From the NCBI GenBank assembly GCA_963743635.1, contig CAVUQO010000003.1:1-64000 (forward strand): 64,000 nt of DNA. Reading direction: 5' to 3'. Of the stretch, positions 33,233-42,668 are shown piece by piece. The stretch's first letter is position 1. Every line of letters starts with the position of its first letter. The translations under genes were made by a program, and so were the position numbers. This stretch comes from Candidatus Babeliales bacterium (lineage in GTDB: Bacteria > Babelota > Babeliae > Babelales > Vermiphilaceae). Below the pieces are notes generated by a model, which had not been told where the DNA came from, ran no database searches, and worked only from the letters and a program-made list of their open reading frames with translations.

Positions 33233-33837
33233 TAATCAAGATTCGAAATTAATTGCCATATGTGCGCCCTGCCATCACTAGATGCAGTCACCACTCTATT
33301 ACCATCCGGTGAGAATGATGCTGACGTAACATCTCGATCATCACCCTCCAAGGTATGCAATAATGCCCCACTATTTGCATCCCATATCTTTGCCGTTGCA
33401 TCTTTACATGCAGTCACCACTCTATTACCATCCGATGAGAATGATGCTGAATTAACCACAGTAGTATCCCACAATGTATGTACTAGCTTCCCATTATTTG
33501 CATTCCATATCTTTGCCCTTCCATCACTAGGTGCCGTCACTACTCTATTACCATCCGGCGAGAATGATGCTGACTTAACATTTCCATCATCACCCTCCAA
33601 GCTATGCAATAATCCCCCACTCTTTACATCCCATATTTTTGTCGTTCCATCTTTAGACGCAGTCACTACCCTATTACCATCCGATGAGAATGATACTGAA
33701 TTAATCACATTACTATGCCACAATGTATGCTGATCCTTCCATGCATTCTTTACAACTGGTCGCTGCATCGCCCCCATGCGCCACACAACAATGCCCATCA
33801 CAACTACCACTGCTGCTATAACATTTTTTCTTTCCAT
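33232..33837 (-). CDS. Secreted short WD40 repeat protein (4 repeats)
   Basis: Leader MERKNVIAAVVVVMGIVVWRMGAM similar to the array genes; repeats SASFSPDGNRVVTA.D..AKIWD. Confidence 0.88.
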   Translation of the reverse strand: MERKNVIAAVVVVMGIVVWRMGAMQRPVVKNAWKDQHTLWHSNVINSVSFSSDGNRVVTASKDGTTKIWDVKSGGLLHSLEGDDGNVKSASFSPDGNRVVTAPSDGRAKIWNANNGKLVHTLWDTTVVNSASFSSDGNRVVTACKDATAKIWDANSGALLHTLEGDDRDVTSASFSPDGNRVVTASSDGRAHIWQLISNLD

Positions 33838-33986
33838 GTTTCCATTCCCCTTTTAGGATTATCTTGCCCGAGACCCTTATCCCAGCCGGCATTTTAGATG
33901 AGTATGGCATACTCAATGGCATAAAAACAAGGGTTTATGACCCACAGCCCCGCCCATAGGGGCCTTAGATCAAGTTTCGCATCAGA

Positions 33987-34505
33987 TTACGAAGCTGCTA
34001 CGACGAGCGAAAGGGAAAAGAGATTATCGATGCCCCGCGTAATGCGTACATCACGGGGGAGTATATGATGCGGCGATACCGCAAGGTGATCAAAGAATGC
34101 CAAGCACTGATTATAAGTGCCCGCTGCCTGCACATATAACGCCTTGTCTTGCACAGAACAATTTTCTAATACCATGCCCGCATGATCGAGAGAACTAAGC
34201 ACTGTGTTGATTTGATCATCACTAGAAAGCGAAGATGATTGTGTTGATACTTCATCGCGCAAAGCAGCAATCGCTTCAACAATGTTTTCTGCTGATGCCG
34301 TGCGCGAAAGTGCTGCGTGTTGTTGCTCTAATGCATCGATACGATTCGTAAGCGGCCAATATATGTAATGAAACCATATGCAGGTGCATACCGTCATAAA
34401 AAAGAACGTTACCAAATAGCGTCGTGTTGGTGATAACGACATACTCATGCGGTATAACCAACTCGATCGTGGTGGCAAAATGAACACAGTTACTACTCTC
34501 CTCAC
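33987..34505 (-). CDS. PilO/GspM-like bitopic membrane protein
   Basis: TM helix, coiled coil, then VQAAGTYNQCLAFFDHL resembling the PilO G-Y-F motif; start uncertain. Confidence 0.5.
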   Translation of the reverse strand: MRRVVTVFILPPRSSWLYRMSMSLSPTRRYLVTFFFMTVCTCIWFHYIYWPLTNRIDALEQQHAALSRTASAENIVEAIAALRDEVSTQSSSLSSDDQINTVLSSLDHAGMVLENCSVQDKALYVQAAGTYNQCLAFFDHLAVSPHHILPRDVRITRGIDNLFSLSLVVAAS

Positions 34506-34572
34506 AACGGGTTATCCGTTGTTATTGTTTTAGTTATTTTATTCGCTTACACCATGCTGAAATATGAAGATA

Positions 34573-35760
34573 TTAAAATATTTGCTTTGTCCATTGCATA
34601 GGATCTACCGCAATATTATTGATGCGCATCTCCCAATGCAAGTGATAGCCGGTTGCATATCCTGTTTTGCCGATAGTTCCAATAGGATTGCCTTTGGCAA
34701 CTTTTTGCCCTACTTCAACTTTTGAGAAATCTTCAAGATGGTAAAAGAGAGAGAGAAGACCAAAACCATGATCGATCACAATGGTGTTACCAGCATCTGC
34801 ATAACGATCTTTCAATACAACAACCCCATCCTGCGGTGCCCATACAACGCTGCGTGGCGCGTTATAGACATCGAGTGCTTTGTGCATGTAACGCCCTTTT
34901 TCTTGGGTCGTGCGCACGGCGCCAAACTCACAGGTAATCTGCTGAATATCAATCGGCGCGCAGAATGCTCCGCGCCACAATTTTTCTCGTTGCGATTCTG
35001 CTGCTAACTGCGCCAACTTCATTTCACGTTCACTTGAATCAATGCCCACCTCATGTTCATGTTTCACTTTTTCTGGATCAAGTTTTAGGTTTTGTTTTTT
35101 GAAAGGAAAGGCAACAATCTGAAATCTATTATCAAGATTAAGTGTGTTACCCACGCGATCAGTTATCGCAACATTAAATAGATATTCATTAGGCGTTTCT
35201 TCACAAGGAACTGGTACGTAACATTCATAAATCAATGAATTTTTAGTCTCTGGGAAACATGGATACGATTTAGAAAGAATTTGCACTTGCGCATCTTTCA
35301 ATTCCTTATTCGCCTGGAATTGCACGTGTAACGTACGACCTTGAAAGACTTTGTGATCAGAATCCGCTTTTACAAATGCTGCCTGTAATGGCACGTTATC
35401 CACTACGAAGTTAATCTCTTGCGAAGCTTTATTTCTGTTAAACCTAGAATCTAAAAATTCGATCTTGAGTACATGGGATCCATTTGGCAATGGACGAGTC
35501 GGGATTGGGAAGAATTGCTCTTGCCTGCCCACACTTATTTTAAATAATGATTGATTATCTAATTTCACCGACAATTCACCCGATTTTGAAGAAAGAACCG
35601 CGCACTGCACGTCTCCGCAATAATGCCCTCCATTTTCCAATCCTGAAATCATCACAACCGGTACCGTTTTATCAAAGAAATAAAGATACACTTTGTATCC
35701 AATCCAAGCAGTAAAAGCAAGAATAAGGGTAAGGATCAAATAACGAATATAGCGAATCAT
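34573..35760 (-). CDS. M23 family metallopeptidase
   Basis: HKALD (HxxxD), GNTIVIDHG, YHL, TGYHLHWE (HxH). Confidence 0.93.
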   Translation of the reverse strand: MIRYIRYLILTLILAFTAWIGYKVYLYFFDKTVPVVMISGLENGGHYCGDVQCAVLSSKSGELSVKLDNQSLFKISVGRQEQFFPIPTRPLPNGSHVLKIEFLDSRFNRNKASQEINFVVDNVPLQAAFVKADSDHKVFQGRTLHVQFQANKELKDAQVQILSKSYPCFPETKNSLIYECYVPVPCEETPNEYLFNVAITDRVGNTLNLDNRFQIVAFPFKKQNLKLDPEKVKHEHEVGIDSSEREMKLAQLAAESQREKLWRGAFCAPIDIQQITCEFGAVRTTQEKGRYMHKALDVYNAPRSVVWAPQDGVVVLKDRYADAGNTIVIDHGFGLLSLFYHLEDFSKVEVGQKVAKGNPIGTIGKTGYATGYHLHWEMRINNIAVDPMQWTKQIF

Positions 35761-35959
35761 GGCAGGCCTTTATAAATGATAGAGAGATAAATACGTGAAT
35801 ACATATGATGCCCAATACTATACTGCTTTTTATCAAGAACGTAAATTGATCTCTGCGCTCTCAATTCGATTTTCACCCATTTCTTAAAATTAAAATCTTG
35901 CTCCCCTTCTTGCCCCTATGTTACGCTGCAGAAGAATCAATACTAAAAAGGAGTAATGT

Positions 35960-37156
35960 ATGAAGACCATGCAAAAAATAACCCTTCTGGTGCTCATAAA
36001 CCTGAGCCTCCACAATCAGCCGATATTTGCGATGAACCAGGAAAAGTTACAAGAGCTTAAGCAACAAGAACAAGAAAAGAGAAAAAGGGAAGCAGCAGAG
36101 GCTGCCACAGCCGCTTCTAAGGCTGAGCGAGAAACCGAAGCCTCCAGGCAACAAATTAAAGAAATGGAGCAGCTCCGAGAAAATATTGTCAAAAAAAAAG
36201 AACGTATTGCCAAAATGGAAGAAAAAGAAGCCGAATCTTCTGAATCCGAAGAAGAAGAAGAGAAACCAAGGAAACCGGCAATCCCTAAAGGAAAAGGGAA
36301 AGCCAAACAACCAATAAGAAAAGAAGAAAGTGAATCTGAATCCGAAGAAGAAGAAGAGAAACCAAGGAAACCGGCAACTCCTAAAGTAAAACAAGAAGGA
36401 GAGTCTTCGCGGGCTGGGGAGCTTAGAGGTAGACAACAAGAAATAGCGAGAGAAGTTCTTGAATTAATTACAACAATGCCAGAGTTTTGTGCACAAAAAA
36501 TACATGCTATTAAACAACATGAAAAAGGAAGTCCGGAATACGAAAGATTAGTAGCAAAATACCGACCACAAGAAAAAAAATTGAATGATAAATTAGCACG
36601 CCTACAAGCATCATATACAAAAGAATTAGTCGAAAACTTGCAGGATGATCCTACTGTTCAAAAAATTACCAACATTCTTAAAAAGGGCGTCTTTCTCATA
36701 GATTACGGGAAAGAAGAAGCCGTAAAAAAGATAGAGCCACTGATAGCAAGAGATGAAAAACAGAAACAAATGATCAGAAAGAAAATAGAGCAAGACATAG
36801 TAGCAGCTCAAAAAAATCCAGCACTCAAAGCTGAGGTTAAGAAGAAAAGGGAAATAATTAAAAAGGAAATACCCGGACTTTATATAAATGAAGCAGAAGC
36901 AGATGGGAAGCTACTATGGACCAAAGTAAAGGTGTTAAAAAAACAAGCGAAACTGGCAGAGACAGAGAGAGAGCGGAAAGCCATCGAAGATGAGATTGAC
37001 ATGCTCTATCGAATGTATCCCCATATTATTGTAGCGACTGAATTGATGGAGGAACGCAAGCTAAAGATTTACACAGAAATAGACATCTCCCGTTACGTTG
37101 ATGCAAAAATAGATGAACTTGTAGAAGAGTATAAGAAAAACAAGAAAAATCAGTAA
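35960..37156 (+). CDS. Secreted charged coiled-coil protein
   Basis: Leader MKTMQKITL...NQPIFAM; K/E-rich; internal 52-bp direct repeat (36239-36290, 36335-36386). Confidence 0.85.
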   Translation: MKTMQKITLLVLINLSLHNQPIFAMNQEKLQELKQQEQEKRKREAAEAATAASKAERETEASRQQIKEMEQLRENIVKKKERIAKMEEKEAESSESEEEEEKPRKPAIPKGKGKAKQPIRKEESESESEEEEEKPRKPATPKVKQEGESSRAGELRGRQQEIAREVLELITTMPEFCAQKIHAIKQHEKGSPEYERLVAKYRPQEKKLNDKLARLQASYTKELVENLQDDPTVQKITNILKKGVFLIDYGKEEAVKKIEPLIARDEKQKQMIRKKIEQDIVAAQKNPALKAEVKKKREIIKKEIPGLYINEAEADGKLLWTKVKVLKKQAKLAETERERKAIEDEIDMLYRMYPHIIVATELMEERKLKIYTEIDISRYVDAKIDELVEEYKKNKKNQ

Positions 37157-37327
37157 TCATACAATTTCCTCTTATATCACTATAATAAGGCGAACTCGAT
37201 CTAAGAAAAAAGGAGACGAACGGGAATAGAGAAAGACTTTTTTAACTATGTATGAATTAAGTATCGATCAGCCTAAATTGTTCAAAAAAAAGAAATCTTA
37301 TTAACTATATTGATAAAGGATATAGGT

Positions 37328-38836
37328 ATGAATACTCATCAATCTAAGGGCATTGTATTATTGCTCCTCATATTAATCGGCGCTCCCATGTATCTTCATG
37401 GTATCACTATAACCCCCGTAACAGGCTCTCCCTTTACGGACCTGCCAAACTACTTCGGCGCAGGACTTTGTTATTCCCCTAATGGCCAATGGCTTGCATG
37501 CGCTAATAGTGATGAACCTGGTAGTGTCTCCATTTATGCGGTTGCCTCAAATGGTGTAATAACGCAGATCACAGGATCACCCTTTGTAACGCATGGCCTT
37601 GAGCCAGACTGTGTTGCCTACTCACCTGATGGGCAGTTTTTGGTTGTGGGTAATTATTTGAGTAATAATTCTGGAGGTCTTCTAAGTACGATATCGCTCT
37701 TTTCTGTAAATCAAAGTACAGGCGCATTGACGCAACTTGATCCTAGTACAGGCTCGTCATCGCCTGCGACACTGGAAACGGCAGGCTATGATTTAGAAAC
37801 AATCTACTATTCGCCCAATGGCAAATTTATTGCTGCCGCACTTTCTAACAATACAAATTACGGGGAAGTTGGCATGTATACGGTAAATTCCAGCACCGGC
37901 GCATTAACACTTGCTGGAACATTCCCTACAACCCATCCCCTCGATGATGATGTTTCCGATGAAATTGCTTTTTCTCCCGATAGCAACTATATCGCGCAAG
38001 CAAATAGTGATGGCACAAATACGATAACTATTTTTACTGTTGATCAGAGTACCGGAGTATTAGGGCCAAATAATGAGGGGGTTTATGGCACTGATTATAC
38101 GGTGACAGAAGGAGCAGGTTTTTTTTCGGGCATAGCCTATTCACCCAATGGCAAACTACTCGTAGTAAGCGATACACATGATAATCTTTTTACCTTCACG
38201 CTGAATAACGGGGTACCCACCTATGCTGCAACGATCGCTCCAGCATCGTACATATCTGGGGACACCTCTGTTGTTTTCTCTCCTGATTCTCAGCTGATAG
38301 CATTAGCAAACGATCAGGATACTTATATTTATGTATTTAGCGTTACTGAAAACGGCGCTATGACGCAAGTGGCGCAGTTGAGTGCTATAGAGAACATAAC
38401 AGATGTAGTGTTTTCCCCAACTCTTAATGATCCAATATCCTTTCTTTCTGCTTGCGGATCTACAGCTTCCCCGAGCACTAGAGGACGATTCCCCCTTACC
38501 GGCGGCGCTATAGCAAGCTACATCGTGCCAGTTGCATCATCTTCACCATCTTCACCAACCAACGTGACCGCAACGCGCACGCGCAATATATTTCTCTTGC
38601 AAACTGATCTGATTAACTTGATCACCTGGGGTGCACCAACGAGTGGAAGTCCCGTTACTTATAACATCTATCGCGATCCGGCGCTCACGCAACTAATTGG
38701 CATTGTGCCTGCAACAAGCCCGCTTCAATTTTATGATCATGATCGCCAACCAAATGTTACCTATACCTATTACATCACCGCTGTTGATGGAAGTGGCAAC
38801 AATTCACTCCCAAGCATCGTGAGCATCGTAGGGTAA
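37328..38836 (+). CDS. Secreted beta-propeller (lactonase-like) protein with C-terminal FN3-like domain
   Basis: Repeated YSPNG/FSPDS blades, GSPF motifs, C-terminal YNIYR...YTYYITAVD. Confidence 0.85.
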   Translation: MNTHQSKGIVLLLLILIGAPMYLHGITITPVTGSPFTDLPNYFGAGLCYSPNGQWLACANSDEPGSVSIYAVASNGVITQITGSPFVTHGLEPDCVAYSPDGQFLVVGNYLSNNSGGLLSTISLFSVNQSTGALTQLDPSTGSSSPATLETAGYDLETIYYSPNGKFIAAALSNNTNYGEVGMYTVNSSTGALTLAGTFPTTHPLDDDVSDEIAFSPDSNYIAQANSDGTNTITIFTVDQSTGVLGPNNEGVYGTDYTVTEGAGFFSGIAYSPNGKLLVVSDTHDNLFTFTLNNGVPTYAATIAPASYISGDTSVVFSPDSQLIALANDQDTYIYVFSVTENGAMTQVAQLSAIENITDVVFSPTLNDPISFLSACGSTASPSTRGRFPLTGGAIASYIVPVASSSPSSPTNVTATRTRNIFLLQTDLINLITWGAPTSGSPVTYNIYRDPALTQLIGIVPATSPLQFYDHDRQPNVTYTYYITAVDGSGNNSLPSIVSIVG

Positions 38837-38857
38837 AGAGGTCACACCATATTCACC

Positions 38858-38945
38858 TGCCCAACCGAGGAGCAATTCCCTGGTTGGGCATAATTCTTGC
38901 TTCCTATTTTACGCCTATGTTACGCTCCAGAAAAATCTTATAAAC
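38858..38945 (+). repeat. Hairpin plus promoter unit of cassette-like array
   Basis: TGCCCAACCGAGGAGCAATTCCCTGGTTGGGCA-TAATTC then TTGCTT-18bp-TACGCT with extended -10 TG. Confidence 0.85.
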
Positions 38946-38967
38946 TATATTAATAAAGGATATAGGT

Positions 38968-40416
38968 ATGAATACTCATCAATCTAAGGGCATTGTATTA
39001 TTGCTCCTCATATTAATCGGCGCTCCCATGTATCTTCATGGTATCACTATAACCCCCGTAACGGGCTCTCCCTTTACAGGCCTGCCCAACAGCGAGCTCT
39101 CAGGGCTCTGTTATTCTCCCAATGGCAAATGGCTCGCATGCGCTAATTCTGGGCTTGGTCCTGGCACGGTCTCGATTTATGCGGTTGCCTTAAATGGTGT
39201 AATAACGCAGATCTACGAATCACCCTTTGCAACGAATGGCTATACTCCAACATGTGTTGCTTACTCACCTGATGGTAATTTTTTAGTTGCGGGTAATACT
39301 GAAGATTCTCCAAGCACGATATCGCTTTTTTCTGTAAATCAAAGTACAGGCGCGTTGACGCAACTTGATCCTACAGGCGGCTATCCATCGACTGACACAC
39401 TGGAAACGGAAGGCTATTTTTTAAAAATAATCTACTATTCGCCCAATGGCAAATTTATTGCTGCGGCACTTAATAGCTATGGATCCTACAGCGCAATTGG
39501 CATGTATACGGTAAATTCCAGCACCGGCGCATTAACACTTGCTGGAACATTCCCTACAAACCACTCTCTCGATAATGATGTTTCCGATGAAATTGCTTTT
39601 TCTCCCGATAGCAACTATATCGCGCAAGCAAATGATGATGACACAAATACGATAACTATTTTTACTGTTGATCAGAGTACCGGAGCATTAGGGCCAAAAA
39701 ATGGGGAGGTTTATGGCACTGATTATACGGTGACAGGAGGATCAGGTTATTTTTCGAGCATAGCCTATTCACCCAATGGCAAACTGCTCGTAGTAAGCGA
39801 TACAAATGATAATCTTTTTACCTTCACGCTGAATAATGGGGTACCCACCTATGCTGCAACGATCGCTCCAACATTGCCTGTGAGAGATGCAGAGACCTCT
39901 GTTGTTTTCTCTCCTGATTCTCAGCTGATAGCGCTAGCAAATGATCATGATACTTATATTTATGTATTTAGCGTTACTGAAACCGGCGCTATGGCTCAAG
40001 TGGCGCAGTTGAGTTCTCCAACTGAGATATCAGATTTAGTGTTTTCCCCAACTCTTAATGATCCAATATCCTTTCTTTCTGCTTGCCGCAATCTCACTAT
40101 AGCAAGCTACATCGTGCCAATTTCATCATCTTCACCAACCAACGTGACCGCAACGCGCACGCGCAATATATTTCTCTTGCAAACTGATCTGATTAACTTG
40201 ATCACCTGGGGTGCACCAACAAGTGGAAGTCCCGTTACTTATAACATCTATCGCGATCCGGCGCTCACGCAACTAATTGGCATTGTGCCTGCAACAAGCC
40301 CGCTTCAATTTTATGATCATGATCGTCAACCAAATGTTACCTATACCTATTACATCACCGCTGTTGATGGAAGTGGCAATGCTTCGCTCCCAAGCATAGT
40401 GAGCATCGTAGGGTAA
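38968..40416 (+). CDS. Secreted beta-propeller + FN3-like protein (tandem paralog of 37328..38836)
   Basis: Identical leader, near-identical C-terminal domain, divergent loops. Confidence 0.88.
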   Translation: MNTHQSKGIVLLLLILIGAPMYLHGITITPVTGSPFTGLPNSELSGLCYSPNGKWLACANSGLGPGTVSIYAVALNGVITQIYESPFATNGYTPTCVAYSPDGNFLVAGNTEDSPSTISLFSVNQSTGALTQLDPTGGYPSTDTLETEGYFLKIIYYSPNGKFIAAALNSYGSYSAIGMYTVNSSTGALTLAGTFPTNHSLDNDVSDEIAFSPDSNYIAQANDDDTNTITIFTVDQSTGALGPKNGEVYGTDYTVTGGSGYFSSIAYSPNGKLLVVSDTNDNLFTFTLNNGVPTYAATIAPTLPVRDAETSVVFSPDSQLIALANDHDTYIYVFSVTETGAMAQVAQLSSPTEISDLVFSPTLNDPISFLSACRNLTIASYIVPISSSSPTNVTATRTRNIFLLQTDLINLITWGAPTSGSPVTYNIYRDPALTQLIGIVPATSPLQFYDHDRQPNVTYTYYITAVDGSGNASLPSIVSIVG

Positions 40417-40437
40417 AGAGGTTACACCATATTCACC

Positions 40438-40525
40438 TGCCCAACCGAGGAGCAATTCCCTGGTTGGGCATAATTCTTGCTTCTCTTTTTACCCCTATGT
40501 TACGATCCAGAAAAATCTTATTACT
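40438..40525 (+). repeat. Hairpin plus promoter unit copy
   Basis: Same 33-bp hairpin; TTGCTT-18bp-TACGAT. Confidence 0.85.
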
Positions 40526-40539
40526 AAGGAAGCAATCGT

Positions 40540-42615
40540 ATGAAGATGATGCAAAAAATAACCCTTATGGCGCTCGTAGCTAGCCTCTACAATCAGCCGA
40601 TTTTTGCGATGAGCGAGGAAGCCTTAGAAGAATGGAAAAAAGCAGCAGGAGAAGCGAAAGCCGCAGCAGCCCAACAATTTCCCATTGCAAGCGCATCATC
40701 ATCGAGTAGTTCAACGAAGGAAAACATTCAACTATTGAGTAAGTTGGGCATTCGAAGGCTCATTATTATTTTTGATCCAGAGAATAATGAATGGTCAATA
40801 CAATGCTCTAATCCGCGAGCACTTCAAGGCACTCTCAAGCAGGCTTTAGTAGAGTGTAGCGCTCCCATAATAACGACTCCCTTCTTATATGAATATGCTA
40901 AAAAATGCGTATTCACTGACTCCACTATTAATCAACAATGGAAAAAATATAGAACTCGAGGCGACGATAAATACCTTGTTGTACTGATTCCAAATAGAGA
41001 GCCCTATAATGTATGGCTCAGCAATATTGATTCCTCGCCAAGGCCTCTAACGGAAAGCGAGCTCATGCTCGGCATAAAAATAAGGCAACTACAAGAGATG
41101 CCTAACAACTTTAATACGTCAGCCGTTAAAATGAACTTAAAAGAAGAACTCCAAAAAATCCTAATAACCTATAATGATTTAAAAAAAGCTGGATTGCCTG
41201 ATGACCATAGTAATATGTGGGACATTTACCTTACGGGGCACGGCAATCTAGAGAGTAAAAACAAAAGGGCTCCTCAGGAAGCCACTATAGCGAGCATTCC
41301 GATACCAAGTTTTAAACAATTTCTTAATTTTTTAAATTATGGCATCAGCACAAGAAGTTTTTATTACGACACATGTTTTGGAGGCGGTACACATTTAAAA
41401 GAGCCGTACCAATATGAAATAGAAAAGGATGCCAAGCATGCAAATGCTCAAGTGGAAAAAGAAGCACGCGACCAAAATCTTAAATTTTTGATAATTTCTG
41501 CAACTACATACGCAAAAACCACACAAGCGGACATCCAAACGGCACCTTCAGGGCAAACCATTGTCGCAACCATTAATTTTAATGCTTATTTCACAACACT
41601 GAATAATTACTTTCAGGACTCTAAGGAACACACCAAGGAAGAATTATCGAAAGCGATTAATTATCTCTCTACATGGGAGAAATCATTTGATCCCGCAAGA
41701 CCGGAATGGCTACAGCTTCCCGCAGTGCGTTTTCCCAATACCGAGAAATTTGTTAATCCTGACATGGATAAAATTTTTCAGTTAACTGATCGCGCCATAG
41801 AACATGCAATACAGCATGGCAAAAAAGAGCTCAAAATTCCCAAAGAAACTAAAATTATCTTACTCCAGTCGCACTATGTTCCGATAAAAATTACCATTGA
41901 AGGAGATAGTATGCCACTGTTACTACCGTCAACAAATACCGTCAATTCTTCATACTTTTTTAAGGAAATTGAGGCGCCAAACGTTTATTTATTTTCAGAA
42001 AATAAGGGCCTTGTGACTTTTTCAAAAATGATTGAAAACATCAAAGAACGATTTTATGAAACGGGTAGAGTAAAAAGGGCACTTAATATACCAGATGCTA
42101 AGGTTGTTTTTTTGGTTGCAACATTAATCTTAAAAAGGAATGATCAATCAAAGTCAACCCTCAAAGACTCATTGGTGAATCTATCAGGGTGGGGATTGCC
42201 TACAATAAAAATAACTACAGATAAAGCTGAAAATTTTGATTTTCGTACATTGCCACAACCCCCAGGGGAATACGATCCTAAATTTTTCCTCGAAGAAAAG
42301 AGTAGCGATGCATCGTTCATTAATTTAATAAATCGGGCAAAAAAAAGAGCCCTCATGGAACAATACTTAACATTCAAAGATAAGCCGGCGCTTCTTGATA
42401 CTTGGAAAAAAATAATTCCCCAAGCAGATCTCCAAACGTTTAATGATTATCAAAAACTGGTAGACAAAGCATTTTCATTCAAGGGTAATCAAGGCGCATT
42501 TGATGAATGGTTAAATGCCATGCCTCGTCCTAGTGGCGGATATACCTATAGTGATGAATATCACTTTATACGTGATTTCTTCAAAGATGACCATCCCGAA
42601 CTTCAAATTCCATAA
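40540..42615 (+). CDS. Secreted protein with putative caspase-like (clan CD) His/Cys dyad
   Basis: Leader shared with 35960 gene; WDIYLTGHG ... FYYDTCFGGG. Confidence 0.6.
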   Translation: MKMMQKITLMALVASLYNQPIFAMSEEALEEWKKAAGEAKAAAAQQFPIASASSSSSSTKENIQLLSKLGIRRLIIIFDPENNEWSIQCSNPRALQGTLKQALVECSAPIITTPFLYEYAKKCVFTDSTINQQWKKYRTRGDDKYLVVLIPNREPYNVWLSNIDSSPRPLTESELMLGIKIRQLQEMPNNFNTSAVKMNLKEELQKILITYNDLKKAGLPDDHSNMWDIYLTGHGNLESKNKRAPQEATIASIPIPSFKQFLNFLNYGISTRSFYYDTCFGGGTHLKEPYQYEIEKDAKHANAQVEKEARDQNLKFLIISATTYAKTTQADIQTAPSGQTIVATINFNAYFTTLNNYFQDSKEHTKEELSKAINYLSTWEKSFDPARPEWLQLPAVRFPNTEKFVNPDMDKIFQLTDRAIEHAIQHGKKELKIPKETKIILLQSHYVPIKITIEGDSMPLLLPSTNTVNSSYFFKEIEAPNVYLFSENKGLVTFSKMIENIKERFYETGRVKRALNIPDAKVVFLVATLILKRNDQSKSTLKDSLVNLSGWGLPTIKITTDKAENFDFRTLPQPPGEYDPKFFLEEKSSDASFINLINRAKKRALMEQYLTFKDKPALLDTWKKIIPQADLQTFNDYQKLVDKAFSFKGNQGAFDEWLNAMPRPSGGYTYSDEYHFIRDFFKDDHPELQIP

Positions 42616-42622
42616 ATACGCA

Positions 42623-42661
42623 TGCCCAACCGAGGAGCAATTCCCCGGTTGGGCATAATTC
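42623..42661. repeat. Third copy of the 33-bp hairpin
   Basis: TGCCCAACCGAGGAGCAATTCCCCGGTTGGGCATAATTC between convergent genes. Confidence 0.85.
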
Positions 42662-42668
42662 CAAAAAA

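Noticed and set aside
35960..42661. Canonical integron
   Set aside because: Hairpins are too short for attC, the genes carry their own promoters, and no intI is in the window; kept only as a weaker cassette-like finding.
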